Made by a program: the position numbers and the translations under genes. From the NCBI GenBank assembly GCA_000092065.1, contig CP000581.1: 64,000 nucleotides of DNA; one strand, given 5' to 3'. The notes under the pieces are model-generated. The model made no database searches and was not told the DNA's origin. It saw nothing but the letters and a program-made list of their open reading frames with translations. Numbering within the stretch: the stretch's first letter is position 1; every line of letters starts with the position of its first letter. Below, in pieces: positions 59,516 to 64,000 of the stretch. This stretch comes from Ostreococcus lucimarinus (Eukaryota).

Positions 59516-59789
59516 TCGTTGGTACGACTCCGTCGTTCGCGCGTGTTCGTACGCTAGCGTCGTCGAAACGTTTCCATTCCGTCAGTCGATGCGCGCGTCG
59601 ATTGTTCGCGCATTCGTCGCCCTCGCGCGTCGCTCGCGCGCGCGTCGCGCGCGTCGCGCGTCGCGCGCACCGTAAAATCCAAGCGCGAGCGCGCCCGCGG
59701 CGCACGCCGCCCGTCGCGCGACGCTCGGCATCGCGACGCGTCGCACACTGCGACGCGCGGCGATTCGCGACGCCTCGGCGCGCGTTTCG

Positions 59790-60785
59790 ATGGCCTCGCG
59801 CGTCGCCGCGCGCGTCGCCGCGCGCCTGCGCGCGGCGCGCGACGGCGCCGCGTCGACGCGCGCGATCGGCGGCGCGCGCGCGATCGCGACGCGCGCGACG
59901 ACGACGGGAGAGGAGGATGAAGACGCGAATGCGAATGCGAATTCGCCGCGCGTCGAGACGACGACGCTGTATCGACGCGCGCTGAAGCGCGCGCGGCGGC
60001 TGCCGGACCCGTGCGCGCGACACTTCGCGCGCGAACGATTCGCGAGCGCGTTCAGGCGATACGCAGAGGTGACGAGCGCGAGGGAGATCGAGAAGAGGCG
60101 AGGGGAGGCGGCGCGATGGACGCGGCGGCTGCGGCGAAGCGGACGCGACGACGACGATTATCGGGCGGTGCTGGAACGCGCGTACGGATTGCGAGGAAGG
60201 ATGAAACACATGGTGAAAGCGTGCGAGGAGGAGTGCGGGGAGGGGGCGCCGGTGAAGACGCGACGGGCGACGCGGTTCGCGCTGCCGGCGACGAACGAAC
60301 GCACGGGGGAGACGTACTCGTTGAGATATTTGTTCTCCGCGATGGAGGCGCAGCGCGCGGCGGGGGGGGAGACGGAGGATGAGAGCTTAGCGGCGCAGAT
60401 GCGAATGTTGCGGTTGAGGGTGCCGCGGTATTTTCATCCCAACGGCGTCGCCGCGCGAGCGACGAATGCGAGGGCGAATGAGCAAACCGACGACGCGTCG
60501 ACGACGGCGGATTTCGTGCGCGTGTGGCCTTGGGAAGCGGCGACGGAAGAAGATCTGGCGAACCCATCGCCGTCGTACGGGATCGGTACGATGGCCAGTG
60601 CGGAAAGCTGGGAGATGGTGCACTTGGCGCTGTTGAAGACGACGTTCGTGCCTTTGATGATGGAACGCGTGAAGACGATGAGTCGACGCTCGAGACGCGT
60701 GTACGAACGCACGTTTGATCTCGAGCGCACGTTCGTTTCCGTGGACGATATCGACGACGTTCATGAAGGTGATTTCTCGGCGTGA
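59790..60785 (+). CDS. LYR-motif (Complex1_LYR) family protein with mitochondrial presequence and long C-terminal extension
   Basis: Presequence MASRVAARVAARLRAARDG. The LYR domain is TTLYRRALKRARRLPDPCARHFARERFASAFRRYAEVTSAREIEKRRGEAARWTRRL. The C-terminal roughly 200 aa are of unknown function. Confidence 0.45.
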   Translation: MASRVAARVAARLRAARDGAASTRAIGGARAIATRATTTGEEDEDANANANSPRVETTTLYRRALKRARRLPDPCARHFARERFASAFRRYAEVTSAREIEKRRGEAARWTRRLRRSGRDDDDYRAVLERAYGLRGRMKHMVKACEEECGEGAPVKTRRATRFALPATNERTGETYSLRYLFSAMEAQRAAGGETEDESLAAQMRMLRLRVPRYFHPNGVAARATNARANEQTDDASTTADFVRVWPWEAATEEDLANPSPSYGIGTMASAESWEMVHLALLKTTFVPLMMERVKTMSRRSRRVYERTFDLERTFVSVDDIDDVHEGDFSA

Positions 60786-60826
60786 TAGAGTTTTAGAGTT
60801 AGAAGGTTGTTAGTAGATTTAAGCGA

Positions 60827-61858
60827 TCATAGCTCGGCTTCCGCGAAGACTTGCGCGTCGTCGTCGTCAAACGCCTCGGGAGACCACGCAATACCCGCGG
60901 TCGCCACGTCGTCAGGTACGCGACCACCCATGCGTTCTATCGATTCGCTTAATCGCTCGATCGCGAGCGATTTCGATTTATCGCTTTGACTCAAAGCCTC
61001 GATCATGCGCCTCGCTCGATGAACGCCTCTAGTCATTTCCTCCTTTTCGCGGATCGATTCCAGCAGTTGCTCCGCCAACGCAGCGACGAACGGATCGCTC
61101 GGCGTCGCACCCGACATCAGAAACGATCTATACTGTTCGATCATGTCCTCACGAATTCGATGCGCTATTTGATCCACCTCTGCCGCCTTTTGAGTCGAAC
61201 GAACGTGCTCGCTCCACTCGCGAAGTCGGTGCGCCGATTCGTCCTCGTCTCCCGCGCCTTCGTCCTCCATCGTCATCGGCGGCGCCGACGCCGTCTCCGG
61301 GCCTTCTAAGCCGTCATCATCGACTAACACGCGCCTCGGTGGCCCTATGGGCGACGCCGATCGTCGAAGACCGCTCGGCGACACGATGCGAGGCGACGAC
61401 GCCGGCGACGAACCCGCGCCGCCGGGCGACGACGCGGCGCCACCGAATTCGCGCCCTCGTCGCGTCGTCCCGCTCTCCGGCGACGCTCCGACGGCGATGG
61501 AAATCTCTCGCAGCGCTTCCGCCACGCGCGCGAAGCTATCGACGGTCACGCGTCCATCCGGTCCTCGGCGCACGAGCTCGAGCGCCGCTCGCACCTCCGG
61601 CGTCGTCTCCGCCAGCGCCTCCAGGTGTTTCAGCGCCGCGTCCACGCTCGCGTGCGCGTCCGCGTCGTTCGTCGCGTCGGCGCGCGCGCTCGACGGCGCG
61701 TACTGCGCCCGCAGGCGGTCGCGCGGGGAGGATGCGTGTTCGAACTCGCGTTCAAATTTGCCGGCGGAAACGTCGACGGTGTGCGGCGGTGCGACGTACG
61801 GACGCGCGGGCGACGCGCGCGCGCGCAGGTTTTCCATGCGCTGTCTCAAGTTTTCCAT
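60827..61858 (-). CDS. Hypothetical protein (Ser/Pro-rich middle, conserved-looking C-terminal helical region)
   Basis: Track ORF 60827..62137. Its 5' 93 codons overlap the Mpv17 gene in another frame, so the start was placed at ATG 61858 (MENLRQRMENLRARA...). The C-terminal region HRIREDMIEQYRSFLMSGATPSDPFVAALAEQLLESIREKEE is non-repetitive. No family recognised. Confidence 0.35.
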   Translation of the reverse strand: MENLRQRMENLRARASPARPYVAPPHTVDVSAGKFEREFEHASSPRDRLRAQYAPSSARADATNDADAHASVDAALKHLEALAETTPEVRAALELVRRGPDGRVTVDSFARVAEALREISIAVGASPESGTTRRGREFGGAASSPGGAGSSPASSPRIVSPSGLRRSASPIGPPRRVLVDDDGLEGPETASAPPMTMEDEGAGDEDESAHRLREWSEHVRSTQKAAEVDQIAHRIREDMIEQYRSFLMSGATPSDPFVAALAEQLLESIREKEEMTRGVHRARRMIEALSQSDKSKSLAIERLSESIERMGGRVPDDVATAGIAWSPEAFDDDDAQVFAEAEL

Positions 61859-61974
61859 CGCGCGGTCGATGCGAGCGCGCGCGCGCGGCGGAGTGTCGCG
61901 GCTCGAGTTCGGCGCGGCGGCGACGCGGCGCGTAACCGACGATATTACAATATTACGGGACGAGCGCGACGAAT

Positions 61975-62724
61975 CTATCGCTTCTTGGCGTTCTTGTTCG
62001 CCGCCGGCGCGGGTTTGTTCAGGTTGATGCTCAAGATGACGTTCCACACGATGGAACACGCGGACATGTACAACACCTGGTGCTTGGTCGGGACGAAGGC
62101 GAAGTTGACGCTCGACGCCGGCACCCAGAAGGACCAACCGGCGCGAAGCGTCGGTAAGGCGTCTCGGCGCACCTTGCCCGGATACTCAGCGACGGTGCCG
62201 CCCCAGATCGCTCCCCACAGAAAGAACGTCGTCACGACGATCGGCCCTAACACGGCTTGGTTTAAGAAGACCTTGGCCGCGAACGGCGAAAGCGATTCGG
62301 CGGTGAGCGCGAACGCGCGCGCCGGAAACTTTGAAGCCAGCGCGATGTACCAGTGATGCTGCACGGGACCGTAGAAGAAGAAGTTATACAACGCTTGTTT
62401 CAGCGTGCGCTCGAAGTCGTGCGCTTCGACGACCGGGGCGGCGTTTTTATTCTTCTTTGAACCGACGGCGTCTCGCGCCGCCGCGCGTCTCGCGCCCGCG
62501 TCCCGTTTCTGCGCCACCGTGTCCCCGACGCACCCGAGCGCCGCGCACACGAGCGCAGATTTCAACAACGGCTTACCTTCGATCGCGTTGATGACATCTT
62601 TAGCCCCAGCGCGCGCGCGCACGCTTCGCGACGCGCGCTTGTTCGCGTCGAAGTGTCCCTTACCGTTGGACGAAAACGGCGAACGACCGCGGCCGAACGA
62701 CGACGACATCGGACCGAAGCGCAT
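61975..62724 (-). CDS. Mpv17/PMP22 family peroxisomal/mitochondrial membrane protein (SYM1-like)
   Basis: 249 aa with four TM helices and the family C-terminal block GWSFWVPASSVNFAFVPTKHQVLYMSACSIVWNVILS. ATG at 62724. Confidence 0.7.
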   Translation of the reverse strand: MRFGPMSSSFGRGRSPFSSNGKGHFDANKRASRSVRARAGAKDVINAIEGKPLLKSALVCAALGCVGDTVAQKRDAGARRAAARDAVGSKKNKNAAPVVEAHDFERTLKQALYNFFFYGPVQHHWYIALASKFPARAFALTAESLSPFAAKVFLNQAVLGPIVVTTFFLWGAIWGGTVAEYPGKVRRDALPTLRAGWSFWVPASSVNFAFVPTKHQVLYMSACSIVWNVILSINLNKPAPAANKNAKKR

Positions 62725-62882
62725 GTCGAGACGGTATCACGCGTTCGTGTCTTTCCGCGACGAGCGCTGTTTCGCTCGTTCGCGGCGATCGCGCCGAGGA
62801 ATGCCGCGCGGAAGCTCCTGGACCGCGCGTCGTCCCGATGGGACAAATGTGCACTTTTTGGACACTTCGTCGTTCGACGCGC

Positions 62883-63149
62883 TCAGCCGCCGCTGATCGG
62901 CGGTACGACCGCGAGCTCGTCTCCAGGCTTCAGCGCGGTGTCGGCCTCGCGCGCGCGGTCGACGTAGGACTGGTTCAGCGCGAACACGGCGGTGAGAAGG
63001 ACGGACTCGAGCTGAGGGTAGAGCTCGAGCAGACGCGCGCGCGCCGTGGCGACGGTCGGTGAGGCGTCGGCGTCAAGATCGACGGACGCGGACGATGTTT
63101 CGGCGAGCTCGCGCGCGCGGGCGAAGAAGAGGACGGTGATGGTCGTCAT
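62883..63149 (-). CDS. MOCS2A: Molybdopterin synthase sulfur-carrier subunit (MoaD / MOCS2A)
   Basis: 88 aa with a ThiS/MoaD fold (VLFFARARELAETSSASVDL...LKPGDELAVVPPISGG) ending in the diagnostic C-terminal Gly-Gly. Confidence 0.75.
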   Translation of the reverse strand: MTTITVLFFARARELAETSSASVDLDADASPTVATARARLLELYPQLESVLLTAVFALNQSYVDRAREADTALKPGDELAVVPPISGG

Positions 63150-63320
63150 GGTTTGACGTTCGAGCGCGGGCGCTGCGCGCGAGGAGCGCTTCTACGAATC
63201 GAAAGATACATCACAACGATCGCGACCTCGAGGATTCAACGATTTGCTATTCGTTCGCTTTGAACGCTATTAATAATGTTTATGTATGGCAACGGTGCCG
63301 CGCGCGGCTTGGCGCGGGGT

Positions 63321-64000
63321 TCACTTTTCCGACGCGCCGTACCCACCCTGCTCGGCTTTCAACAACGACGATCCCACACTCGGTTCGTTGCCCGATTCCA
63401 ACTCATCGTCGTATTGTTCGCCTTCGAGCTCTGGGAACAAGCAAAAGTACAGTTCAATGAGAATCAAGACGAAGCAGAGCGAAAAACAAAACATCGCCGC
63501 GAGTTGCAGCGTCGACGTCAAGTCGAGTCCAAAGATTTCAAACTTGAACGGCGTGATCAAGCCCTTTCCGTTCGGAAGCACGAGGACATCGTCGGGTTCC
63601 AAGTACACGTCATCGCCGCGCTTCACACTCCACTTTTTTGTGGAGCCAGCGACGCAGGATCTACCATCCGTCAGCGGATAATTTTGCTCCGTGTACAAAC
63701 CGCACGTGCCGTACCCGCCTTCGCCGAGCTCCATGGAGAGCTTGGCATATCCATCTTCGCCCCAATCCGAGTCGTACGAGTTCTTCATTATCCAATACCC
63801 TTGTTTCGACTGCTGGTCGTAGCCCCAGCCCACTAAAACAGCGGCGTGGTTAATTGCGAGAAGCGGGTCGCTATCCGCCGGCGGGCAGTCGTGTAGGCGC
63901 ACGATGCCGCCGCCATACAACTGCAGCGGTTTGATGTTCACGCCGACCGCCACCGTTTGCTGCTGCAGCGCACGCATGAGATTGATGAGCGTCGATTCCC
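63321..64000 (-). CDS. Papain-family (C1A) cysteine protease, C-terminal part, with C-terminal TM segment and acidic tail; 5' end beyond window
   Basis: INHAAVLVGWGYDQQSKQGYWIMKNSYDSDWGEDGYAKLSME matches the papain His/Asn region (NHAV..VGYG...YWIVKNSWG..WGE.GY). It is followed by a hydrophobic stretch LQLAAMFCFSLCFVLILIELYFCLF and an acidic tail. The reading frame stays open past 64000. Confidence 0.7.
   Translation of the reverse strand, partial: ESTLINLMRALQQQTVAVGVNIKPLQLYGGGIVRLHDCPPADSDPLLAINHAAVLVGWGYDQQSKQGYWIMKNSYDSDWGEDGYAKLSMELGEGGYGTCGLYTEQNYPLTDGRSCVAGSTKKWSVKRGDDVYLEPDDVLVLPNGKGLITPFKFEIFGLDLTSTLQLAAMFCFSLCFVLILIELYFCLFPELEGEQYDDELESGNEPSVGSSLLKAEQGGYGASEK

Noticed and set aside
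62883-63320. Looked for a MoaE (MOCS2B) reading frame adjacent to or overlapping MoaD, as in bicistronic MOCS2 loci
   Set aside because: No MoaE-like ORF flanks the MoaD gene. The neighbours are Mpv17 and the cysteine protease.

Overview
This is a gene-dense, intron-poor eukaryotic nuclear segment of about 45 protein-coding genes on both strands. Intergenic spacers are typically 40-450 bp, and several convergent gene pairs end only 42-63 bp apart. Coding cores are about 45-58% GC, whereas promoters, presequence-coding 5' ends and introns are CGCG-rich (about 70-80% GC). The GC-rich stretches give rise to many long spurious antisense or alternative-frame ORFs in the six-frame track. Many ORF starts in the track are TTG or GTG rather than ATG, so I re-derived starts from the sequence.

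Several lines of evidence point to a green-lineage picoalga (Mamiellophyceae-like): chloroplast-type transit peptides without signal peptides on plastid proteins (CYP97 carotenoid hydroxylase, Mg-chelatase ChlI, PAM71/GDT1, ABC1K, HisD), TGTAA polyadenylation signals after many stop codons, extreme compactness, and a UGA-encoded selenoprotein. I am not asserting the organism.

Recognisable genes include an ArfGAP (partial), PDS5, CDC50, TFIIE-alpha, UTP7/WDR46, Tim13, MRPL43, NDUFB7, PDH E1-alpha, CSE1/exportin-2, a CHD-type remodeler, ATG8 (two exons), RBM42, CstF-64, PRP4 kinase, DNAJB12-like, Mpv17/PMP22, MoaD/MOCS2A and a papain-family protease (partial).

The most notable findings are:
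- A selenoprotein-U/PRXL2-family gene with an in-frame TGA, plus a form-2 SECIS-like hairpin and a TGTAA signal in its 3'UTR.
- A single ORF fusing a class-V aminotransferase (cysteine-desulfurase-like) domain to a bacterial-type TtcA tRNA 2-thiocytidine synthetase domain.
- A PP2C-phosphatase/protein-kinase fusion.
- A Na+/H+ exchanger with a C-terminal cNMP-binding-like region and tandem ACGTCA repeats in its promoter.
- An FtsH-like AAA protein that lacks the M41 peptidase domain.
- A clear GT..AG intron in ATG8, with similar GTG(C/T)G-initiated intron candidates elsewhere.
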